NCBI GenBank assembly: GCA_035550235.1
Contig: DASZPR010000621.1
Location: 1-28,150, forward strand
From: Verrucomicrobiia bacterium
GTDB taxonomy: Bacteria > Verrucomicrobiota > Verrucomicrobiia > Limisphaerales > DASXHY01
Length of the DNA stretch: 28,150 bases
Reading direction: 5' to 3'
Position numbers and translations under genes: made by a program. Below the pieces are notes generated by a model. That model did not search any database, was not told where the DNA came from, and saw only the letters and a program-made list of their open reading frames with translations. This document shows, piece after piece, positions 6,872 through 15,326 of the stretch (position 1 is the first letter of the stretch; the number at the start of each line of letters is the position of its first letter).

Positions 6872-9800
6872 TCAAGCAATCTTCGCCACTTCGGCGTCAA
6901 ATAATTCGCGCGTCTTGGATTGCACGTCGGCCAGTTGCAATTCGCCTTTGTCGAGTTTGGCGAGCAGCGCCTTTTGCGCGAGGTAATCTTTGTTCTGCAC
7001 ACCGGCTTTGCTTTGCAGCATGCGCCAGGCCTTGCGGCGTTCCACGGCGAACAACACCATCTGGCGCGACACCGCGAAGAATTTCAGTTTCCCGCCAATC
7101 TCCGCCTTGATGTAGCAACCAAAGTTCGTCACGTAGCTGCGATGGTTCGGGTTGAACACGCGGCGATAGATGACGTCGTCCTGCGTGATGAACACGAGCA
7201 TGTCGTCGAGCGGGATGAGGTCCGCGGCTTCCTCTTCCTTGATGGCTTTGATGTGTTTGCGGAAGCGCGCTTCCGTGAGCGCCCAATGCGCGACGGTGTA
7301 ATTATATTCCTCGCCGTTGCTGGCGTATTTCGTGCGCCACCAATCGCGGTTCGGCGTGGGATTGCCCTTGAGGTCGAAGGCTTCCTGCGCGGTCTCGCCG
7401 TTGCGCGGGTTGAAGACGAACTCAGGCATGCCGCGCGCGTCGCGCACGAGCTTGGCCTGGTCGGCGCTCATGTTGTCCGGCACGCCGTGCTCCGGCTGGC
7501 AGGTGGTGTAGGCCTGGAAAAACGCGGTGCCGCGATATTCGAGGCCGTCGAGCATGGCCTTGTAAAGTTTCGCGGCGTTGGCCATCGAAACCTGCGCGAC
7601 GAACGGCGAACCGTGGCCGCTCGTGAAGGCTTCCGCGACATTTTTCTTCTCGATCAACTTGCCCTGCGAGGCGACGCCGAATTGGTTCATGTCGTAGCCG
7701 CCGAGCATGGTGGACGAGTCGGAATTTTGACCGCCGGTGTTTGAATACACCTGCGTGTCGAGCATCAGCATTTTTACGTTCGGGCGATTTTGCAGAATCA
7801 CCTTCGAGACGTTTTGGAAACCGATGTCGCCGAGCGCGCCGTCGCCGCCGATGACCCAGACTTTGGGCAACTCGCGAATTTCCTGATCGGTCATCAAGGC
7901 GTCATCAAGGTGCGTGAGCGTGAACAGGTCGGCGTCGGAGACGACGTTGTCCTCGCGTTCGAGGAGCATGTCGGCGAGGCGTTCCGGCACGACTGAGCGG
8001 CGGGCGTGATTCAAAATCAACGACTCACCGAGCAGCCAACTGATGGTCGCGCCGTCCTGGAAGAGTGAATTCATCCATGGATACGGATGCGGGTTCGACG
8101 GCGGCGTGGAGCCGTAGACCGTGTTGCAACCAGTGCTCGCGCCCATGAACATGACGCTCATGCCGTTGGCGCGGCGGCCGTCGATGGATTGCAGGTCGCG
8201 GTGATTGAACGCATCCTGGCGCATGACGGCGGAGACGTTTTTGATCAATTGCTCGTCAGTCACGGCGCCGTGTTTGGCTTCGTAACTGGCAATACGTTTG
8301 GCGGTGTCGGCATCGTTCTCGCCGCCGAGGCCCATGATGGTGTGCAGGACTGCGCGGCGGAAGCGATTGTAGTCCGCCTCGCTGCGCGCTTTTAATTTCT
8401 GGAGTTTTTCAACGCCGCTGTTTTCGAGGTGCGTTGCTTTTGCGCGCAGGCGGTCGGCTTTCTTGTGATACAACGGACGCATGTAGGCTTCCGTGACGGA
8501 AGCGCACGCGCGCAGCACGCTTTTCTCACCGCAACCAGCACACGCGCCGTCGCCACTGACGAGCGCCTCGTAATTGCGGCGCACCATCAGGTGATTGCGC
8601 AATGCGGCTTCGCGCGAATTCGCGGCGTCGTTGTCGTTGTAAAGGCCGAGGAATTTCTGCGGCGTGTCGGGCAGCAACCGCGAGAAGATCTGCGCGGTCG
8701 TCAATTCGGCGTTCAAATCCTCCGTCTCGCGCGTCATGCGCAAGGCATCGTGATCGCCGCAGACCTGGACGCATTCGCCGCAGCCTTTGCAAAGGTCGCT
8801 GACGAAAATCGAGAACAACCCGCCGCTGCCGGGCGTCTTGGCCTCAAGCGAACGGAAGATGGCGGGCACATTGTTGTAGGCAAGCGGCAGCTTCGCGATG
8901 ATGCTGACGAATTCAGTCTTCGCCTTGTCGCTGACGGTTGTCAGCGCGTTGACTTCGTCGCGCACGATGTCCTTGAACGGCACTTTCGCGCGCGTCTTTA
9001 CCGCTTCGTTCATCTTTGCACGGGAGCGTTCCTCGATGCCTTTCAATTCGCCCGCGAGTTTCGCGCGATCGTCGCTGGTAGTGACGTAATAATTCAGCGC
9101 GGTCTTGAGAACCGTGCTCACGTCCTGTGATGTGTTTGGCAACGCGGTATCCGGACACGCGGTGATGCATTCCATGCATTGCGTGCAGTTCTCCGCGATG
9201 TAAACCGGCGTCTCGCGGCGCGCAACGTACTTCGATTGCGTGGCGCCGCTGCCCGCGCTCATGACGCCCAAGGACGCGAGCGCGCCCGCGGGTTGATGAT
9301 AGCCGAGGCCGTTGCGGAATTCAGAATCGAATTTGGCGAGCGTTTGGAAAGCGTAACGCGGCGTTTGCTGCGCCGGCGCCGGGATGCCCGTGCCACAACC
9401 GGTGCCGCAACCGGCGGTTGGGATGATCGGCGTGTCGCCAATCGGCCGCACCGGCGGATTGCGCATGGACGAAAAATCCGGATCATCGAACTGGCCGTAT
9501 TTGATTTCCTGAACGCGCGAGAAGCCTTCCATCATGACGGTCATGTTCGAGGTCACGACGTCGTCGCCGAAGCGCCCGAATTTTTTCTGATACTGCTTTT
9601 TAACCGTCGTGTGGAACTGGTCTTCGGTGATATTATTGTGCCCGAGGAACGGCGACACGCGGAAGAACGCGCCGAGAAAACTGTTGCCCTGCATGCGCAA
9701 TTGCAATTCCGCCTTGTTCGTCGCTTTGCGCGCAATTTCAAAACCGGGCAGAATATAGACGCGGATATTATTGTCTTTGACGAATTTCCGGTGTTGCGCG

Positions 9801-11617
9801 GGAATGCGTTGCCAGGCGGTTTCGGGCGTGTCGCTGGATTCCCAAACGATGCAGCCGCCTTTCTTGATGCCTTCCAGCGGGTTGGTGTGCGTGAACGCCT
9901 TCGGATCGCAGCACAGCACGACGTCCACGTGGTTCAACTCGCAGTTCACCTTGATCTGCTCGCGCGCCACCGTTAGATAATAATTGGTCGGTGCGCCCTT
10001 TTTCTCGGAACCATATTTCGGGTTCGCCATGATGAACAACTTTTCCTTGAGCTGACCATGTTCATCGCGCTCAGCATCGCGCTCCTTGATCATCTCGCCA
10101 AAGTTGCCGACGATTTCACCCAGGTTTTTGCCGGTCGTAATCATTCCCCAGCCGCCGATGGAATGGAACCGCACCGCAATGGCCTTGTCGGGCAAAAGCG
10201 AAGGCGTGTCTTTGGAAATCACCGCGTAAGGATGGTCGACACCGAGCACGAAATACGTTTCTCCGTCAGCAGCGCTGCGACCATCTTTGCGTCGTGACTG
10301 GCCGGTGGCAAATTCATACGCGCCGAGCGTGTGTTCGGGACGAAAATCGCGCGAACCAATGCCGTAAGCGCCGCGGAAAATGCGCGGGGTTTCTTCCGGT
10401 TTCAGCGCCGGCAACACGCCACCATATTTCGTGACTTCGTTCGCCTTGCCGAGCGCCACGCGGATATCGCGCGCCAGCGGATTGTCACCCGCGAGGCCTT
10501 CATCGGTGCGTTCCAGAATGATGACGTTCTTTTTGCCGCGCAACGCGTTGATCACCGCCGCTTCCGGGAATGGACGAATCACATTGATATGAATCGAGCC
10601 GACTTTCGCGTTGCGCTGGTCGCGCAAATAATCGCACGCGGCTTCGATGTTATCCGCCGCGCAACCGAGCGACACGAAAACTGTGTCCGCATCGTCGCAT
10701 TTATATTGCGTGATAAGCCCATAGTTGCGGCCCGTCAGCCGGCCAAACTCCTCATAGGCTTGTTCGAGGAATCCGAGGATGGGCTCATTGAAATTATTGC
10801 GGCGCGCCACGACGCCGTTCATGTGATGCTCCTGGTTCTGCACCGGACCGAGCAGAATCGGATTTTTCAAATCCATCATCTCCGGCACGCGACGGCGTTT
10901 GGCGCCGAACAACTCGCGTTGCGCGGGCGTGGGGCAATCAATCATGTCATCGACCGCCCCGAGAAATTCGCGCAGCAGTTCCGCCTCGGGCGCGAGATAA
11001 GTGCGCTCGCTGTGCGTGGTGAGCATGCCGTCCTGGATGTTCATTCCGGGATTGAGCGCAAGTTCGTTGACCTTGCGCAAAATGATTCCCTGGTCCGCGG
11101 CCTGTTGTGCGTCCTTGCTGACGAGCATCGTCCAGCCGGTATCGAGCGCGGCGTAAAAATCATCGTGAGCGCAATGCACATTCAATGCCTGCTTCGTCAA
11201 CGCGCGCGCGCCGATTTCCAGAACCATCGTCGAGAATTTTCCCGGCGCGTGATAATACTGCTCCATCGCGTACACGATGCCCTGGCCCGAAGTGAAATTC
11301 ACCGTGCGCCGGCCAGCGACCGAGAACGCCGTGGCTCCGCCTTGCGCCGCATGTTCGCCTTCGGTCTCGACCGCGATTTTCTGCTGGCCCCACACATTCA
11401 ATTCACCCTGAGCATAGGAACCCTGGTAAATTTCGCCGCCTTCCGTCGAGGGCGTGATCGGATAGAATACGCCGCCTTCCGTGATGCGGGTTTCAACGTA
11501 TTGAGTCACCAGTTGGTTCCCGTTACAAGTAACGCGGACGCCGGGGTATTTGGGGGTGCGAGACGAGGAAGCCGCATTTGAACGGCCACTGGATTCCGCC
11601 GCAGGTTTCTGGCTCAT
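6872..11617 (-). CDS. por: Single-chain pyruvate:ferredoxin/flavodoxin oxidoreductase (NifJ/POR family), long 1581-aa type
   Basis: YPITPS, NFTSGQG, GARAL, FHSIGGWG, YGSEKKG; ferredoxin motifs CTQCMECITACP and CKGCGECVQVCG; GACAGCGE, TGC, GGDGA (TPP motif), DTQVYSNTGGQ, TTCQPEHG. Confidence 0.92.
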   Translation of the reverse strand: MSQKPAAESSGRSNAASSSRTPKYPGVRVTCNGNQLVTQYVETRITEGGVFYPITPSTEGGEIYQGSYAQGELNVWGQQKIAVETEGEHAAQGGATAFSVAGRRTVNFTSGQGIVYAMEQYYHAPGKFSTMVLEIGARALTKQALNVHCAHDDFYAALDTGWTMLVSKDAQQAADQGIILRKVNELALNPGMNIQDGMLTTHSERTYLAPEAELLREFLGAVDDMIDCPTPAQRELFGAKRRRVPEMMDLKNPILLGPVQNQEHHMNGVVARRNNFNEPILGFLEQAYEEFGRLTGRNYGLITQYKCDDADTVFVSLGCAADNIEAACDYLRDQRNAKVGSIHINVIRPFPEAAVINALRGKKNVIILERTDEGLAGDNPLARDIRVALGKANEVTKYGGVLPALKPEETPRIFRGAYGIGSRDFRPEHTLGAYEFATGQSRRKDGRSAADGETYFVLGVDHPYAVISKDTPSLLPDKAIAVRFHSIGGWGMITTGKNLGEIVGNFGEMIKERDAERDEHGQLKEKLFIMANPKYGSEKKGAPTNYYLTVAREQIKVNCELNHVDVVLCCDPKAFTHTNPLEGIKKGGCIVWESSDTPETAWQRIPAQHRKFVKDNNIRVYILPGFEIARKATNKAELQLRMQGNSFLGAFFRVSPFLGHNNITEDQFHTTVKKQYQKKFGRFGDDVVTSNMTVMMEGFSRVQEIKYGQFDDPDFSSMRNPPVRPIGDTPIIPTAGCGTGCGTGIPAPAQQTPRYAFQTLAKFDSEFRNGLGYHQPAGALASLGVMSAGSGATQSKYVARRETPVYIAENCTQCMECITACPDTALPNTSQDVSTVLKTALNYYVTTSDDRAKLAGELKGIEERSRAKMNEAVKTRAKVPFKDIVRDEVNALTTVSDKAKTEFVSIIAKLPLAYNNVPAIFRSLEAKTPGSGGLFSIFVSDLCKGCGECVQVCGDHDALRMTRETEDLNAELTTAQIFSRLLPDTPQKFLGLYNDNDAANSREAALRNHLMVRRNYEALVSGDGACAGCGEKSVLRACASVTEAYMRPLYHKKADRLRAKATHLENSGVEKLQKLKARSEADYNRFRRAVLHTIMGLGGENDADTAKRIASYEAKHGAVTDEQLIKNVSAVMRQDAFNHRDLQSIDGRRANGMSVMFMGASTGCNTVYGSTPPSNPHPYPWMNSLFQDGATISWLLGESLILNHARRSVVPERLADMLLEREDNVVSDADLFTLTHLDDALMTDQEIRELPKVWVIGGDGALGDIGFQNVSKVILQNRPNVKMLMLDTQVYSNTGGQNSDSSTMLGGYDMNQFGVASQGKLIEKKNVAEAFTSGHGSPFVAQVSMANAAKLYKAMLDGLEYRGTAFFQAYTTCQPEHGVPDNMSADQAKLVRDARGMPEFVFNPRNGETAQEAFDLKGNPTPNRDWWRTKYASNGEEYNYTVAHWALTEARFRKHIKAIKEEEAADLIPLDDMLVFITQDDVIYRRVFNPNHRSYVTNFGCYIKAEIGGKLKFFAVSRQMVLFAVERRKAWRMLQSKAGVQNKDYLAQKALLAKLDKGELQLADVQSKTRELFDAEVAKIA

Positions 11618-12022
11618 AGATAGACTGTGTTGTTCTGCCGGCCACCCGGGCAGGGGCTAACCACATTCTCCCGGATGGAAAACAAAATTTGCATGGTCAG
11701 GATAAGCCCTTTGCCTGAAAACTCAAGGAAAAGCACCGCCAATACATCTCAAATTTCGTTGGCTTTTCATGAGAATAAGTAATCGGCCATTTTTGGTTCG
11801 AATGCCTGCCGCCCTGATTGATGCCGTTCACGCAACGTGAGCCGGTGATGTCCCAACGCAGGTCGCAGTCAAAATTTAGGGCAGGGAAGATGCCACGAAT
11901 TGCGGCAGAAGCGTTGCAAAAGTCTACACACAATTTGTCGGTTCTTTCAAGGATTTTATCTTCGGCAAAAAACTTTTACTTCTGGCGCTGATGGCATAAC
12001 GCGTGCACCGTAAACGCTGACA

Positions 12023-12691
12023 GTGAACGAAAAGTTTAACATCGACAGCGTCCAGCCGCTGCAGCCGGTGCAAGGCGAGCCGACGGATTGGCTCGGCAAT
12101 TGGCATCCGCTCGCCGAGCAACTCGGGTCGACGAACGGCCTCGTCGCGCTCAGCGACATCTCGATCTCGATGCAAGTGCCGCTCGTTCACGATCTCGCTT
12201 CGCTGAAACATTTTCTCACCAGTTACCAGAAACAATTGCTGCTGCCGATCGAGTTGCCCGCGATTCAACGCGCCTTCGATCACGCCTGCCGCCATGAGAT
12301 GCGCGAACTCGCCGAGTTCGATCGCCAGCTTGCCGCTGAACCGGCGCTCAAGCCATTTGCTGAGGCCAGCAAACGCATCGGCCAGACGGAATTGTTGAAG
12401 CTGCGCCCGCTGCGCGATGAACGCATTGTGCGGCGTTATCTCGAAAGCGTCGACCGCGGCGAAGCGAACGCCTGGCACACGCTGGTATATGGCCTTACGC
12501 TCGCGCTCTACTCCATTCCGTTGCGGCAGGGATTGCTCGGCTACGGCTACCAAACCACGCGCGGCTTCATTTATTCCGCCGCCAAAGCCCTCCAGCTTTC
12601 CGAAAAAGATTGCCGCGCCTTGCTCGATGAATTGTGCGACAACCTGCCGGCGGCCGTGGAAGGGTTGATTGCGCAGCGCGCAGCGGCGTGA
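12023..12691 (+). CDS. UreF-like protein (orphan, atypical termini)
   Basis: Helical pattern ELPAIQRAF...ELAEFDRQLAA....FAEASKRIGQ..L and HTLVYGLTLA..SIPL..GLLGYGYQTTRGFIYSAAKAL resembles the UreF core; GTG start. Confidence 0.6.
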   Translation: MNEKFNIDSVQPLQPVQGEPTDWLGNWHPLAEQLGSTNGLVALSDISISMQVPLVHDLASLKHFLTSYQKQLLLPIELPAIQRAFDHACRHEMRELAEFDRQLAAEPALKPFAEASKRIGQTELLKLRPLRDERIVRRYLESVDRGEANAWHTLVYGLTLALYSIPLRQGLLGYGYQTTRGFIYSAAKALQLSEKDCRALLDELCDNLPAAVEGLIAQRAAA

Positions 12692-12731
12692 TTCCGGCGT
12701 TAGGCACAATACAAGCCTGACGCTCATCTCT

Positions 12732-13367
12732 GTCTCCCTCTCCGCCGCGGAGCGGGGGAGAGGGCCGGGGTGAGGTGGCGCTTAGAAATCAGGGGAGGCG
12801 GTTGGCTTCCGTTTTTGCTGAATATGCTGTAAATCCGCCGGGATAAATCTCTGCTTCTCAACTTTGTTCCTAATTTGAACAATACCCGTTCGCCGCCGCA
12901 ACGCGTTCCATATTTCGATAAGGCAACCATCGCGGTTTTCGCGCCATTGATGATTCCAGAATCTCAATACCTCGATATTTTCTTCCGCCAGCTTTTTTGT
13001 GCGAGCCTCGTCCTTTTGAACTTCATCGGGCAAACCATGATGAAATCCGTCCAGTTCAACGGCGAGCTTTGCTTCAACGCAATAAAAATCCAAAATGTAG
13101 TCGCCACTCGTATGCTGTCTGCGAAATTTGAATCCGGCAAATTGCCGATCCCGCAACGCGCGCCACAGTTGTTTTTCTTCCTCGGTTTGTTCGTGACGGA
13201 GTCGGCGGGCGATTTCCTTTGAGCTCACGTCGGAAGAATGATCTCTGTGGAGAAAAAAACAAGCTTCCCACGTGTATCACGGAATGGTCAGTCGCGTAAG
13301 CCTGATAAATCTTATCAGCGCCACCTCACCCCAACCCTCTCCCCCGCTCCGCGGCGGAGAGGGGGAC
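12732..13367. mobile_element. Putative IR-bounded DUF559 endonuclease cassette
   Basis: 51-bp inverted repeats at 12732-12782 and 13317-13367 (48/51 identical), each with an internal ccctctcc...ggagaggg hairpin, enclosing only a DUF559 gene and its upstream region. Confidence 0.6.
12782..13228 (-). CDS. DUF559 family (Vsr-like, PD-(D/E)xK) endonuclease
   Basis: ARRLR..QT..E..LW..LR.RQ..GFKFRRQH..G.YILDFYC.E.KLAVELDG.HH.....D..R...L......VLRFWN signature; GTG start. Confidence 0.9.
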   Translation of the reverse strand: MSSKEIARRLRHEQTEEEKQLWRALRDRQFAGFKFRRQHTSGDYILDFYCVEAKLAVELDGFHHGLPDEVQKDEARTKKLAEENIEVLRFWNHQWRENRDGCLIEIWNALRRRTGIVQIRNKVEKQRFIPADLQHIQQKRKPTASPDF

Positions 13368-13478
13368 GGAAGCTACGGTCGCAAGTTTGGCGTTTGAGTT
13401 ATACGTGGCCTTTCCGTGTTTATTTTTTGCGGACGATTTTGGTTGTTTCTCCGCGATTGTCTGGGAAATTACCGTTGA

Positions 13479-13952
13479 ATGAGCCTCGTTCGCATTTTGG
13501 TGGATGGCTACAGCCTGTTGCATAGCTGGCCCGAACTCGCGCCCGGCAAGGCTCGCTATTCCGCCGCCGCGCGCGATGAACTCGTGCGCGTGCTCACGCT
13601 TTACCGTGACGCCACCCTGACTCCCATCACCATTTTCTTCGACGGCTCAAGCCCCAAAATCGAGGGTCCCTCGCAGACTCGATCCACGCCCGAGGTGGAA
13701 ATTCTTTTTTCACGCGCCGGCCAGACCGCCGACCAAATGATCGAACGCGCTGCGCATCGCTTTCAACCCTACGGCGAAGTGCTCGCGGTGACCGATGACT
13801 TTGCCGAGCGCGACACCGTCATTAATATGGGCGGCCTGGCGTCCAGTTGCTGGAATTTCATTCAAACGGTACAAAATACGCTGGTAGAGTTGAACGATGA
13901 GATTAAACATCACAACCGGCGGGAACAGAACAAGTTCAAGCGCCGATCCTAG
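13479..13952 (+). CDS. YacP/Rae1-like NYN domain RNase
   Basis: ILVDGYSLL, IFFDG, EILFSRAGQTADQMIER, AVTDD acidic NYN pattern. Confidence 0.85.
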   Translation: MSLVRILVDGYSLLHSWPELAPGKARYSAAARDELVRVLTLYRDATLTPITIFFDGSSPKIEGPSQTRSTPEVEILFSRAGQTADQMIERAAHRFQPYGEVLAVTDDFAERDTVINMGGLASSCWNFIQTVQNTLVELNDEIKHHNRREQNKFKRRS

Positions 13953-13961
13953 GCAGCCAGA

Positions 13962-15218
13962 ATGAAGAATTGGGACAATAAAGACAGAATGATGGACGGC
14001 TTTCGGGTCTGCCGGGCGATCCGTCGTTCGTCATCCGTCATTCTGCTCGGCCTTTTTTGCCTGTTGTTCGCGGCCACTGCTTCCGCTCAATCATCGAATC
14101 GCTGGCTGTTTATTTTTAATACTTCCGCGTCGATGCGCGACCGCTCCAATGGCGTGCAAGCCGTTACGCAGGATTTGCTGAGCACCGCGATGCACGGGAA
14201 CGTGCGCCCCGGTGATACCATCGGCATCTGGACCTACAATGCCACGCTGCGCGCCGATGAAGCGCCGTTGCAAATCTGGTATCCCAATACCGCACCCGCC
14301 ATTGCGTACAATACGGTGGAGTTTATGCGCCGGCATTCTTACGAAAAAAACGCCGCGTTCGGCGATGTGCTCACGAACATATTGCGCGTGGTCAAAATTT
14401 CGGATGTCATCACCGTGATTTTAATTTCCGACGGCACCGATCCGATCAGCGGCACACCGTTCGATGCGAACATTGCCGCGTTCTACAAAACGAATTCTCA
14501 AAAGCAGAAAAAAGCGCACATGCCGATCGTGACTCTTTTTCGCGGCGAGGGCGGGAAGCTCACGACGAACACACTGACGCTCGGGCCGTGGCCTATAGAC
14601 ATCCCGGCGGTCCCGCCGCCGCGGGTCGTGGCGCAGGCCGCGCCAAAACCGGCTCCGGTCGCACCCGCCAAACCGGTCCCCTCATTGATCGTCATCGGAA
14701 AGAAAGCCGAGACGACTTTCAACGTCCCCGCAGACCTGCCGGATCATTCCGGAGACCTCCCGGATCGGCCGGAGGCCGCTCCACCGCAGACCGAACCCGC
14801 TCCCGCAGTGGCCAAACCCGAAACTCAGGCGCCAGCTCCTGCGCCCGCACAAGTGTCAACGCCAACGGTCGAAGAAAAACCGAACCCGGTTGCGGCCACT
14901 CCAGTCGCCAGCGCTCCCACACCAGCGCCTGCCGCCGCAGTTGAACCAGAAAAACCTCTTCAGACAGCGCAGGCGCCCATCGCAACGACACCTGAATCCA
15001 CCGAGCCTGCAACAAAAGCCGCCGCGCCGGCTGCATCACCGATTGTTGTGGAAGCCGCCACGGCGCCGGAGAAAAATCTTTTTACCGTGCGCAACATCGC
15101 CATTGTCTCCATCACTTTCACGCTGCTGGTTTGCGTGCTTCTTTTTTTGACCGCCCGCAATGCGCGCAACGCCTCCCGTTCCAGCCTCATCACTCGCTCG
15201 CTGGATAGGGAAAGGTAA
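13962..15218 (+). CDS. Exported vWA-like domain protein with Pro/Ala-rich stalk and C-terminal membrane anchor
   Basis: Signal-like hydrophobic stretch ending ASAQ, WLFIFNTSASM (degenerate MIDAS), VILISDG, long P/A/T/E-rich segment, C-terminal TM helix with an Arg-rich tail. Start could be 13989 or later. Confidence 0.6.
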   Translation: MKNWDNKDRMMDGFRVCRAIRRSSSVILLGLFCLLFAATASAQSSNRWLFIFNTSASMRDRSNGVQAVTQDLLSTAMHGNVRPGDTIGIWTYNATLRADEAPLQIWYPNTAPAIAYNTVEFMRRHSYEKNAAFGDVLTNILRVVKISDVITVILISDGTDPISGTPFDANIAAFYKTNSQKQKKAHMPIVTLFRGEGGKLTTNTLTLGPWPIDIPAVPPPRVVAQAAPKPAPVAPAKPVPSLIVIGKKAETTFNVPADLPDHSGDLPDRPEAAPPQTEPAPAVAKPETQAPAPAPAQVSTPTVEEKPNPVAATPVASAPTPAPAAAVEPEKPLQTAQAPIATTPESTEPATKAAAPAASPIVVEAATAPEKNLFTVRNIAIVSITFTLLVCVLLFLTARNARNASRSSLITRSLDRER

Positions 15219-15238
15219 CAGCGCGAATATCTTTCATT

Positions 15239-15320
15239 GGAGCGCCGGCTTATAGTTGGCTTTACGTATCAAGCTCAACTGCGGTGTGCCCGCCCAAAGC
15301 CGACTACAAGTCGGCGCTCC
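15239..15320. repeat. REPIN-like doublet (ggagcgcc-tagged) between convergent genes
   Basis: ggagcgccggcttatagttggc vs reverse complement of gccgactacaagtcggcgctcc (19/22). Confidence 0.75.
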
Positions 15321-15326
15321 TTTTCC

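Noticed and set aside
6920-11581. Multiple plus-strand ORFs (6920, 8429, 9179, 10331 and others)
   Set aside because: Antisense to the PFOR gene, which carries all the conserved motifs.
11818-11831. FNR/CRP-like site TTGAT-gccg-TTCAC between por and the ureF-like gene
   Set aside because: Two mismatches to the FNR consensus and no supporting promoter context; could be chance.
12782-13952. DUF559 plus NYN RNase as a toxin-antitoxin or defence pair
   Set aside because: The genes are divergent and separated by the inverted repeat; YacP-like NYN proteins are usually housekeeping; there is no antitoxin candidate.
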